A stretch of DNA of 56,548 nucleotides from the NCBI RefSeq assembly GCF_000315625.1, contig NW_005434651.1:1-56548 (forward strand), read 5' to 3'. Shown piece after piece: positions 41,956 through 53,462 of this stretch. The DNA is from Guillardia theta CCMP2712. Lineage: Eukaryota; Protista; Cryptophyta. The notes under the pieces are model-generated. The model was not told the DNA's origin and did not search any database. It saw nothing but the letters and a program-made list of their open reading frames with translations. Positions within the stretch are counted from its first letter, which is position 1, and the number at the start of each line of letters is the position of its first letter. The position numbers and the translations under genes are program-made.

Positions 41956-44732
41956 ATGCAGTCTCGAACGGCCTACCGGCCACGAGAGGGAGCAGGACCC
42001 CCCGTGTCCAATCAAAGCCTTCGGCGCGTGAGGAGAGATACAGACTACTACAGCAGAAGTCCCAGCGCCATTGACTTCACCAGGTCTTGACCTCTCCTCC
42101 ACTTCATGTGGCACTGATGCGCTTGCAGTCGAGGATACACAGGAGCTACGAGTACTGGCGGAAGGGAATATACGCGAGGAAACGAAAGTTTGCATACGAG
42201 TTCTAATGGTCTGAGACCGAACTATGCAAGAACTTTCTCTGGCAAGAACGTCCTCAACGACTCATCCAGCAGACGATCTCTCTCCGCTAACACCTCTCAC
42301 GTGCTCGATCGAGACTCTCTGAGCGCGCAAGTAGGCTGCTATGAGGTGTTGCGCATGCGTTAACACTTTAACGGCAGCCAAGTACGAGGGTGCATACCAA
42401 TTATCAAGAAAAAAACAAAAAAGGTAGAACTGACACCAACATTCCTTTCTTGACTCCTGTCCGAAGATGACTCCACAGATAGCTTGAATCAGTCCACTTC
42501 GGTGAGTGCGCTTGTTGGGTCCATCTTCTCATGGATTTCGATAGGACGGCATCAAAAATCTCCGTTTGAGTTCCAGGTGCTGCTCTCCCTTTGTTGGTTT
42601 GTATGAGAATGAATCTCTTACCTGAAAGATCCTCCTCGTCACCGCGAGTACTTGAATGTTCGGATTCCATTCGAGACCTGCAGGGCTTCTGGGATGACTC
42701 GTTCTGGCTGTCATGCAAGTGCAGCATTGCTGGTTTAGGACAGAGACGGAAGGTGAGTTGAATCAAGCGAGTGCAAGGAGATGAGAAGATCGTCTGGAAG
42801 TGTCTCTGATTGACGCATGTGTCAAACTCAGACGACTCCACGAGCACTCGTTGGGCTGAGCAACCTCGGAAATACTTGTTTCATGAACAGGTTGTGAGGC
42901 ATTGCTGCCAGCCTGTCTGTGATTGTGTCTGATCATTGTCCCAGCGTGCTGCAGTGCCTTGTCAATACTGCGCCACTCTCTGCATATTTTGTCGCAGACG
43001 AGTATAGCGGGGTAATGCACTGATCTGCGATGTAGTCGTCAGCTGCTCACCGCGGTGGGTCAGGAATTAAATCGAAGCTCCAAGAGTTGGCAGCTTGTCG
43101 ACGACTACGCGTCACTTGCAAAAGACATGTGCAGTTTGAACGCGTTCACCTCAAAGACTGAGAGGCTGCGGCAGGTGGAGGACTGCTGGGAACACTCACA
43201 CCAGCATCAACCCCTCAGCCCTCAAGATGCAAATCTCTCGGTGCGAAGCAGCTCAGAAAGTTAGTTTGTCTCATCCTTTGATCTGCAGATGGGCAAGACA
43301 ATTCAGTGGGTATGAGCAGCACGACAGTCAGGTACGTGAAGATGGCATGCTCAAATAGTTTTGACTTGACTGCAGGAGCTCCTTCGCTTTCTCCTCGACG
43401 GGTTACAGGTTGTCGTAGGAGGTTCAACACGTTCCTTCTCACGTCTTGGAGCAAGGAGGGTTTGATGCGTCCCAAACGAGAGCCGCCCTGGCCGTACGAT
43501 GACAAAGACTTTGAAAAGAGAGCCATCGCTGAGCAGGTGTGTTGCCTCGTCGCTTCCACTCCAGCCCTCCATTTGGCGGTCCTATTCAATGGAGGAATAT
43601 GAACGAAAGGAATGTTGATGGAATGAGGCGAAGCTGATAGATTATGATAGATTACGATAGATTATGCTTCTCTGGATGTTGGTGTGATGTTTTTGCAATC
43701 GACGTGACGTGTCAAAGTTTTCCATTGGCGAAGTCGAAAGTCTTGCAATGTCATTGACATTCTGACAGTCCCGGCGGATGTGGGAAAACTACTTGGCTAG
43801 GAACAACTCGCAGATCACCGACATCTTCTGCGGACAGTTGCGCTCTCGGGTGACGTGTGCGACATGCAAGAGGGTAGGAGAGGTGGTTGGGTTGGAGCTG
43901 TTGGCTGACTCGTCTGCAAATAGGAATCGAATTGTTATGATCCCTTTATGGACTTGTCATTGCCGATTCCGAAGAAATTTCAGGTCAACAATTGAGTTGC
44001 AGTGGTTCATCATTTTGTTCATCATGGTGACGTAGGGACTGTCCAAGTGGCGGTCGAGTGCGCAAGAGTGTAAACTACAAGATTGCCTCGAGCAGTTCGT
44101 GGACGAGGAGAAACTTGAGGGGAATGAGATGTACTATTGCTCGAGGTGTAAGAAGCATCAGGTGGGTAGACAGAACCATGCTTGGTCTGCATTGAGCGCT
44201 GATGTTGTGTATCTCGTTGTTCATCAGGTTGCCATCAAGGAGATGAAGATATTTCGTTGCCCCCTCGTCCTTGTCCTCCACCTCAAGAGATTCGACAAGC
44301 GTTCTTCCTCAAGGTCCAAGCTCAACGCCTCCGTTCGCTTCCCCACAGCCTCCCTCGAGCTCGCTCCCTACATGTCGTCCGATAGCCCTGACCTCTCCAC
44401 CTCCACCTTCGATCTCTACGGTGAGACTTCTCTGTATGAGAACGAGGAGGATGACGGCAGGTTTCAGGGATTTCGCAACATTCAGGCTCTTTGGACGGAG
44501 GGCATTATATCGCTCATTGTAGAAATTTCGATGACGGTCTGTGGTACTGCTTCAACGACACGTACGTAACACAGCTCCACCCCTCCAACTTCCCTCTCCT
44601 CTTCTTTCTCTCCTCTTGAACCTTGCTGTCTGCATTATAATCTTCTGCTCCGGTAGGCGAGTAACCAAAGTTGGATCTTCACCGCCAGTGGACGAGAGCG
44701 CCTACTTGCTCTTCTACTGCAGGAGGGCGTGA
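41956..44732 (+). CDS. Ubiquitin-specific protease (C19 family, USP2/USP8-like), multi-exon
   Basis: Cys box GLSNLGNTCFMN/CLQCL, GYEQHDSQELLRFLLDG, IFCGQLRSRVTC, DLSLPIP, YCSRCKK, LVLHLKRF, His box HSGSLDGGHYIAHC, WYCFND, AYLLFY. Start approximate. Confidence 0.9.
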
Positions 44733-44758
44733 GGAGGAGGAGGGAGGATTTGATGATG

Positions 44759-45578
44759 TTATTTACTGATTATTCTTTCAACAAAGTAATGCGGATTGTT
44801 CACTGCAGAGCCTCTCTCATTCTCTCACGTGATTGTTTCAGCTGACTCTCTTTCTTTGCAAAGTCTGGCAGGAAAACTTTCAGAGACAGAAAGGAAGCAT
44901 GTCATATCTCTTACCTCCCATCAGATCCTCGTCGCTCCCCCACACCCACACGTTGCCCTCCAAGTCGGAGGCTGCGAACTCAACACTGACATGGTGTGAG
45001 CGCCTTTGAGTAACAGATGAAGGGATGAGAGGGAGGTTGGGGAGGGGGGGGATAAGGACTGGAGGGAGGAAGAAAGGGCAGGGCAAGAAGGGGGAAAGGA
45101 GGAGAAAGAGAAAGAGGCAGGTTCTGCAAGTTCACCTCTTCGAAGTCTTGCCCGTCAACTTGTTACAGGCAACGAGGTTGAACTCGATCTGCGCGCTCTG
45201 CAAGCTGTTGCCGACGCTTCTCTGACTCAGCAGTCGCCCGTCCTCTACTCGACAGATGCCGACCTGCCCCCCCTGCATGGGATGCATCGTGTAGGAACTC
45301 GCGCTGTCCATTGCGAAGTTCGCGTCGATCAGCTCGCCGTTGAAAGATGGAGAGCTGAAGGGAAGCTCGTAGCTCGAGAGCAGGGCGCCGCCTGCAATGA
45401 GGAGGTGAGGGAGGACAGGGGCAGTAGGAGATCACTTGAAGCAGAGAAGACGTGATGGCTAATCTTGGGAGATGGACGATGCCTGCCAACAAAAGAAGAG
45501 CCGAACTCTGCTACGATGGTGGAGTTCTGCAAGGCAAGGTGAGGAGGTGGAAGCTGAAGAGGTTGTTGTTGTTGTTGT

Positions 45579-45617
<39 letters not shown>

Positions 45618-45632
45618 GGAGGAGGAGGAGGA

Positions 45633-45664
<32 letters not shown>

Positions 45665-47086
45665 GCATAGTTGTAGATGGCCTTGTCAGGGCATCGCCTG
45701 CCTCCTCGGACAGGATCGTGAACTCGCAAGGTAGAAACGACCTGAAAGCGATTTAGACAACAGGAGCAAGACAAGCACGAGAAGCTTGACCTGCTGCTGC
45801 CGCAAGTCCCAGATGACGGAGCTTTGAGAGCCGAGCACAAACAGTTCTCTGCTGTTGGGGTGGAACTGCAAGCTCTTGATGCTTCCTTTGATAGTGCTCG
45901 ATCGCTTCAGCATCATGCATGGAGCCTCCTGCCGATGATCCCTTCCTCACAGTATCAGAGACAGACGATCTCTTCTCCTCCTTCCCCCTCTCCTCACCAG
46001 ATGGGTATGAAGTTTTCCTTCTTGCCAACCGCAAACATTGCCGAGGTAGCGTAGTGCGAGCATCCCAACCTGGCCGTCTCGTCGTCGCTCGCCTGCTCGA
46101 CGTCTGCTGGGCAAGGGAACGTGTACTTGGAGACACACTTGGCATTGACCAGGTCGAACATCGCCACGTCCCCGTCCTCAGAGCATGCGCTACAACTAAG
46201 TCAGAACCTCAACACCGCACACGACCCTGTACATGGCATGATCAAGCTCCATCATCCTCGCATCTGCAAGCTCCATGCTTCCAACTTTCACTATAGCAAT
46301 ACATTCTCCTTCCCCTGCTCCAACAGACCAAAGTCTGATGGTGTTGTCGATGGAGGCAGTGAAGATGTGTTCGCTACAGCTGGAGGAGGAGAAACAGGGA
46401 GACTTGGGGATTATGTCGAGGTGCAGGAGAGGACTGCGATGACCTCGCAAGCATGCCACAACTCCACAGTTGTCTAACTTGACCTGCATACAGTTGTCAA
46501 ACAAACTCAAACCACCTTCACTCACCGAAGTAGCAGCCTCCAGCATTGTTCTCCTGCTAGACAGGTTGCCTTCTTCCTGTCTTCGCATGAGCTGCATCAG
46601 ACTTGACTTCTTGGTGGTCAAACAGTTTTCTGTCACTCTACGAGCCTTCAGACTTAGCTCCCGAGCCCTTCCGACGAGCTCGTTCTGTTCAAATGTGCCA
46701 ATGGTTGGCATTCCCATATGAGATTTCTTGGCAGAAGCTTCGCCTCCTTTGGCATGCTGATGATTTCTCTTGTGTACGATGTTTTCATTCTCATCTGCTA
46801 TTCTAGAAGGATCATCCATGTCTCTGCCCTTGAGCTGGTATCCCTTCTTCTTCGCCTCTCTCCGCAATGTAGAGCTGGTCTCGTCGAACCCTAAGTTGAC
46901 CAGCAGTTCATGCAAGTCCTCAAGAGCAAGTTGGGTACCCCCGGTGCCTGTCTGTCTCTTCGCTTTCATCATCAGCATGTTTATCCTGCCATCCTTGTCG
47001 CCGCTCGTCCAGTCCTCCATGCCTCTGCCCTCCTTGCCCATCGTCTCTCCGATTCCTACAACGGCCAAAACTCTTGTGGCCCTCAT
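44759..47086 (-). CDS. LisH + WD40 repeat protein, multi-exon (ends approximate)
   Basis: LisH-like LHELLVNLGFDETSSTLRRE; WD repeats LRGHRSPLLHLD..FTASIDNTIRLWS, SVIWDL, AASDLEGNVWVW. Confidence 0.72.
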
Positions 47087-47458
47087 CCCACCACACCCCT
47101 CAAAACTCTGAGGCAGGCTCTCCTGCAGCCTTCGCTCTATAAATCAGCGGACTCCCGCCAGCGGACTCCGCAATTTCCGAGGAGCGGACATCGACTGACT
47201 CGTGCTGGCGAAGGGAGGTGTACGTCACCATCGCAAACCTTATCATGGCACACGGCAGACGGTAAGGCTCCGAAGTTGAAAGTCAGTCGGAACTCAAGAA
47301 AGCAGGCCGCGAGGTGCTCGCCTTGTCAAATCGATGGGACTCTGATTCTCATTCATATCACAATCTCTTCAACGGCAATTGAGCCCACTCGTCGAGATAA
47401 TCCGATGATCTGTTTCTTTCTTCAATAGTCGCACATGTAAGTTCAACTAGTAAGCGCT

Positions 47459-48311
47459 TTAAATCAGCTTCTGCAATTCTTGGTGGACATGCTCCTTCTT
47501 CAGCTGCTGCTGCTTGAGCCTTCTCAACATCGCCTTGGACATCTTTGCTTTTCTGCTTCCAGCAGCTCCTTTCCTGTTGACGTGCAGCAGCTTGACCTTG
47601 AACAGCAGGGTGGCGTCAGGGGGGATGGGTCCTCCCGGGGTTCCTCGGCTGCCGTAAGCAAGCTGTGGAGGGATGTGGAGCATGCGAACTCCGTTGAGCT
47701 TCATGCCCTGAAGACCCTGATCCCAGCCCTTGATCACCTGCTCCATCATCAGCTACCTCCTTCTCATCACTCTCTGCTTGCCTGTCCAGCTCCAACCACA
47801 AAGGAGATCTTGCCGGAGTCAAACAACTTTCCGTTGGTGAGCTTGCCGGTGTAGTGGACCGTCACCTTGTCCCCGGACTCGACAGCGTCACCCTCCCCTG
47901 CTGGATGTCGGTGACCTCGAGGCCATCGCGGAGGATCTCAGTGTAGATCTTGCGGTTGAACTTTTTGGTGAGGCCTTTGTCGAATCTGACGGTCTCCTTC
48001 CCAACGAAAGGAACACCTGAAGGCCCACGCTTGAGCTGAAGCAGCTCCTGCTTCTGAAACCTCACAGTCAGTCCTGGGTTACTACATCACCTCTCGTCAC
48101 TGCACACAAACCATCACAAGGCTCATCAGGCTCATCCACTTGTCTTACGAACAAACGTTGACAACAAGATTACAGAACAAGATCATCGGAGAGAAGATGA
48201 GTGATAACAGGCATCTTTCTGCTTCACCTGCTTCATGGTCGCCATCATCAGCAGACCGATAGCGACCGCTGTCGCCATGGAACCAATCCAGACCGAAGGC
48301 TTGAGCGGCAT
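47459..48311 (-). CDS. FKBP-type peptidyl-prolyl isomerase with an N-terminal signal anchor (apparent 1-nt frameshift at ~47895)
   Basis: GDKVTVHYTGKLTNGKLFDS, VIKGWDQGLQGM, IPPQLAYGSRG, IPPDATLLFKVKLL. Confidence 0.9.
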
Positions 48312-48677
48312 GTTTCGGTAATGACTCTTCGCAGATTGTGAGGGGATGAGGGCTACTTTGGATCTGAGGCAGGCTTGACTGAGATGAGCCTGAAAATCCC
48401 AGATGTGATATAAGCCATCAATGCCCATCGTTGTGATAGTTTGGTCGGGGATGTAGCTAAGTCTCTTGTTGTTGTTTGAGTTCATCCTTGTCTTGATCGA
48501 TCCTTTGGTTGCTGGTGTCAGGATCTGCCAGCTTGAACTCGTACGTTTCTAACTATCCCTCGCGCTTCACCCTTCTTTCCCTCAAAAAGTTTCCCTGTGC
48601 TTGCTCTTTTTGAATGTTTGGTTTCCAGATCTCTACATTCCTCTATAGAGGCTTTTCGCTGGTCTCACCTGCCCAAC

Positions 48678-50305
48678 ATGATCATGTTGCCTCGTCAGAT
48701 GTGCCATGTCTTCCCTCGTCGGCGACTCCTGCTGCTCTCCCTGCTCTTCCAACTCCTTGACGTAAATGCATGGATGTTCACACCGCCATCAAGCATGCTC
48801 GAGCACCAACGTGCCATCTTGCCTCTTCAGCGAGCGAGATCAGACAGATGCAGCGGGGCAGCAAACAGACTTGAGTTGCTGATGACGATCGAGGCAGGGA
48901 ATGTGCGCAAAGTTCGACTAGGTAACATGTGTAGAGCACATCGCCCTCTCGTTCCTGATCGGAGTCACTGAATTTCCTCCTCCAGCAGCCCTTGTCCCTT
49001 TCTCTCTGCCCTTATCCCTTCCTCTCTGCTCTTGTCCTTCTTCTCACAGAGGATCTGAAACATGCGGCAGGTGCTGGTACCCTCGAGGTCTCAGAGATAG
49101 GATGCGGCACCTTAGCATGGGGAGAGACTGGAATGGGCTTCGGCTCCTACTACACAGAGACGATCCTGTCACAGGTGATGGGCGGGGAAGGGGGAGGAGA
49201 AAGAGCTGAGAGAGGAGAAGGCGTTTAAGGAACTGGTTGAGGGAGGTGTGAACTTGATCGACACCTCGGAAGTCTACGGGTGAGAAGGGAAGCATGACGG
49301 TTCCTGCCTTGTCATGATGACTGCAGACGCGCGTCGATGAGGGAAGGTAGTAGCTCGGAGCAGCTGATTGGTATTATCTTCTGCTTCGTATATACGATCT
49401 CTTGATGAGAGTCCAGCCAAATTCCGAGATCAGCTTCCCGTCGATGCTCCTCCTGTCGTCCTGAGCTCCAAGTTCTTCCCTGTAGGGTTTTACCTTCTCC
49501 ATCGCTTCCTCACAGTGACAACTGGCAGGCTCCCTGGTCCAACACTTTGGTAGGAGGGGGAGTGAGGCTGGGGAGGAAAGCGGTAATTGAGGAGAGGAGA
49601 GGAGAGGAGAGGAGAGGAGAGAAGAGCGGGGAGGGAAGAGGTTGAGGATGCGATGACTGGTATAATTGAGCAGGTTGTGGAAGCAATTCGAGGGTCGATC
49701 ACGCGATTGGGTTGCGGTCAGATTGACTTGTAAGAGTTCATCATGTCAGCATGTTTTCGACGAGGGTTGACAAAACTCGTAGATATCAGATGCAGTTTCC
49801 CTTTCCTTACCTGGGAGGTATGACTTTGCCTTGTCGCTTATTTCATGCCTCTGCTCCTGCTCTTAATCGCTTTAGGCCCGACTTAAAACTTCTTGCAGGC
49901 CAGCAAGCTCTGCTCGAGGGGTTTGCCGAGGCTGTTGATTTTGGACTTTGCAAATCCGTTGGTGTCTGCAATTTTGACGTCAACGAAATTCAAGAAGCTC
50001 ACGCGGTTCGTTCCTCCCCTCCTCCTTCTCCTTCCCCAGTGGTGAACGTTACCCTTCCTGCCTCTGACCAAGCTTCCATGCCCTGTCTCTTTATCCGCCT
50101 TCTTCTACTCTACCTCTTGTTCTTTTACCTCTGATTCTTTCTCGCCGAAGATTCTCGCCAAGCATGGAGTCCCTTTAGCGTCAAATCAAGTTCGGTTCAA
50201 TGTTCTTGGTTGCTTCGTTTCTTCTCCGACTGTTCTAAAATTGCTGATGGCACTTTGACAGATCGCAGAGTGCAAAAGTCAGGCCTGATGAACGTTTGCA
50301 AGTAG

Positions 50306-50354
<49 letters not shown>

Positions 50355-51487
50355 GTCATCATCTTCATCCATTCATTGTTATTGTCATATCCGCTGCCTT
50401 CACACGTTCGCCTCATTCATCTTGATATTCTCTTCACTTCCATCCTCACAACTTTGACTTGACCCACAGAGAAATGGAGATATCCGTCCTAGCCTACGAG
50501 CCACTAGCAAAAGGTTTCTCTTGCCTTCCGTCCCTTCTTTCACTCCGAAGTCCCTGCCGTCTCCTGCTCCTCCTCCTCTGCTTCTGTTGCAGCTCTCCCG
50601 TTCCTCAACTTCTTTCTTCCTTGCACTCGACTACTCCGCGCTCGCACGCCTCCTCTCCTCGTCCTCTCTTACAAGACAAGCTCTCCTTTGCCCGGCACAC
50701 ACTCCCTCTCAAGTTCGAGGCCCAGGTCTGTTGACCGGCAAATTTCACGAGCATCAGCACCAAGACGGACCGCAGCCGACGAGCATGTAGGAGGAGGAGG
50801 AGGAGGAGGAGGAGGAGGAGGAGGAGGGCGAGGACGAGAACTAGGGGCAGGGGCAGGGGCAGGGGCAGGAGGGGACTACCTGCCACGAAGTTCTTGACCT
50901 GTCACTCACCAGGTTCTCTGACTCAGAGCTCCTCATCTGCCGTCCCATCATGAACCTCCTGCGGCTGCTGGGGGCGTTCGAGGGAGGCAGGACGACAGCG
51001 CAGGTGGCGGGGGAGAGGATGTGACGTCAGCAGCGGGGCAGCTTGTCTGACCCGTCCTACCATGCAAGGTGGCTCTCAACTACATCATATCCAAGGGCGC
51101 CATCCCGATTGTCGGGGTCAAGAACGTGGGGCAGGTGACGCGGCAGGACCGTTGGTTTTGTTCCTGACATGCTGGGAAGGCGAGGGAGGTGATGGGAGCG
51201 GCTGGATGGAATCTCAGCGACAACGACCTGAAGGTGACGCCTGCTCTCCGGCTTCTTCCCAGCTCTCGTCCTCGTCCTCCTGCTCAGGTCTCGCAGATCC
51301 TAGACGAGCGACTTGTGGAGATGGACGCAGAGATGCAGAGGCAGGACGTGCAGTCGACGTTTGGAGACAAGCGAGGAAGCTTCCTGGGGTGTCTCGGTGA
51401 AGTCAGCCTATCACCGTCGTCTCTCTGCTGACCGTCTTCGTGGCAGAGGAGCTCAGGTTGGGGGAGATCTTGTCAAATTGAAACTGA
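48678..51487 (+). CDS. Aldo-keto reductase (pyridoxal-reductase-like), probably plastid-targeted, multi-exon
   Basis: VSEIGCGTLAWG, GVNLIDTSEVYG, SKFFP, RLGCGQIDLY, KSVGVCNF, ASNQV, AYEPLAKG, AQVALNYII..IPIVGVK; signal peptide ending VNA-W. Confidence 0.85.
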
Positions 51488-51959
51488 TGGCAGCAAGTTT
51501 GACCCGCTCGCGTCACTGTGTAAAGTCTGGGCACAGTCACTGTCAGGGTCAAGCCTACTCGACTCCCCTGATAGTCCTGAGTCGTACTGATTTTAACTTA
51601 ACTTTGAGTGAAAGTCTAGCCCGACCGTATGACTGAGACGGTTCGGGTCCAGTAGTACAGCCTTCAGCCTTCAGCCTTCAAGCAGCCTTCCGAGCCTCGG
51701 AGCGTTCACCCTTCACCCTTCCGAGCCTTGACAGTGGCGGCCTTGCCAGGAGCCTTGAGCCTACAGCCCGGCCTTCTGAGCCTTGAGCCGCTTCCGAGCC
51801 TTCATGGGTTGGCCGGGCCCATCAAGCCTTCGCCGGTCCGCCGTTTCTACTACCGGGCAGTGACCCAGGCTCGGACTCCGGAGCATTTTCAAGAGTGCCG
51901 GCTCAGTTGAAGTTCTGTTGTATCATGTGGCACGGGGCCCCCGCCTGCGGCCGGGCACC

Positions 51960-52870
51960 GATATCTCCCTATGATCACCCTACCCCCTATTTTATCTTTG
52001 ATTACCCCCCATAATCCCTTTTAGTACCCCCCAGTCATAATCCTTTATACCTCTACAGTGGTAAAGCAATGTGACATCCCCACCACTTCTGATCAGTCAC
52101 ATTCAATTGTATGGGTAGGGGTTATTATACTCGGCGATACATTCTATCACTAGAGGGGCAGAAAGATGTAAAATGTGGGGTAGGGTATAAAGAAGTGGGG
52201 GTAGGGGTAACTACCCATGGACTTGCACAAGTGCTGATCCGCCTGATCGTGCGACCCCCTCCGCCTCATAAAGGGATCTAAATTATTTTTGAACCCAAAG
52301 AGTACCAGAGTCCTCTTTAAAAATAAACTAAAAAACAAAACTAGATTTAGAGAATATATAACTCTATTAGAGAGCAATTCAGGCCTTTTAAAACTGAACT
52401 AAATTGCTATAAATTATATATTATTTTAATTTAAGATCAAAGGGATGTAATCAAATTGTTTAGCTTTTTTTTCAATACAATATAACAATACAATATATAT
52501 TTTGTCTCAATATTTTAAAATAACTAAAACGTATTTATATTTTCCCCTCACAAATCTCCCATGCATTCCCTTTATATATCCCAAAGCCCCAAGAACCCTT
52601 TCCGTGATTGTACCCTACCCCCGCCGTATGGTACCATACCTTCTGATTCTCTACCCCGCACAATAAGACAGCTGGGTTCTTTTCAACTGGATGCTTTCTC
52701 ACACCCGTCTTTCCCCACCTTCTTGTATGGCTAAGTACCCGGTACTCTACCTCAATTTGCACCCCCTGTAATTGATTTCCAGTGGGATTACTACCCCTAC
52801 CCATCTTTATTCACGACTTACAGGCCCCTACCCCCTTGTGGGGGAACTGCCTACCCCTTACACACCCTTG
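51960..52870. repeat. Low-complexity intergenic tract rich in TACCC/GGGTA with an AT-rich core; possible interspersed repeat remnant
   Basis: Sharp compositional shift, many (C)TACCC motifs, no credible ORF. Confidence 0.35.
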
Positions 52871-53462
52871 CTCCCGCTCCCGTTGCTGGTTTCTTTCGCG
52901 ATCTCGATCTGCTACTCCTGGAGCTGATACGGTTCCGATCACCTCTCAACGACTCGAACTCTCCCCTCTCCTCCTTCCAAAGCTCTTCCTCCACGTTGTT
53001 GCGCTGCTGCCTCCCCGAGTCGAGCTTTATCAGACCCTACCAGCTCTAGTCCCTTGGTCCTTGCCAAACGCAGCCCATCTCATCCTCCACTTGCCTTGGT
53101 TCCAGTGACTTGGGCGTATTCTCGAGCATGCAAAAAGAAACAGAACACCTCCCTTGAGAACTGAGCACAATTGCAACAAGAATCAAACTATGATTGGATG
53201 GAACGGGGTCCACCCGATCAAACCAGTTCCAACCACAAGAATTCAAAGCAGCATGAGTGAGACAGTCGTCGAGCCGTTTTGGGGCATGGTAGAAATCTCG
53301 TGCTCCTGCTTCAGACTTTGACTGATACATCTCATCTCAGCCGCCGTTTCGCAATCATCATCAAGCAATCTTGCCACAGGCAGGAGGAGCCAACATCTAC
53401 GTACCTGGGTAGAGAGCGTGAGCCTAGCTTGAGGATCCTTTGACGGTCTTGACAGGGCGAAC

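Noticed and set aside
45452-45840. Poly-M/R/D/E/S/L ORFs here and at ~26030-26110, ~50790 and ~53775
   Set aside because: Intronic or intergenic trinucleotide microsatellites (GTT/GAT/GAG).
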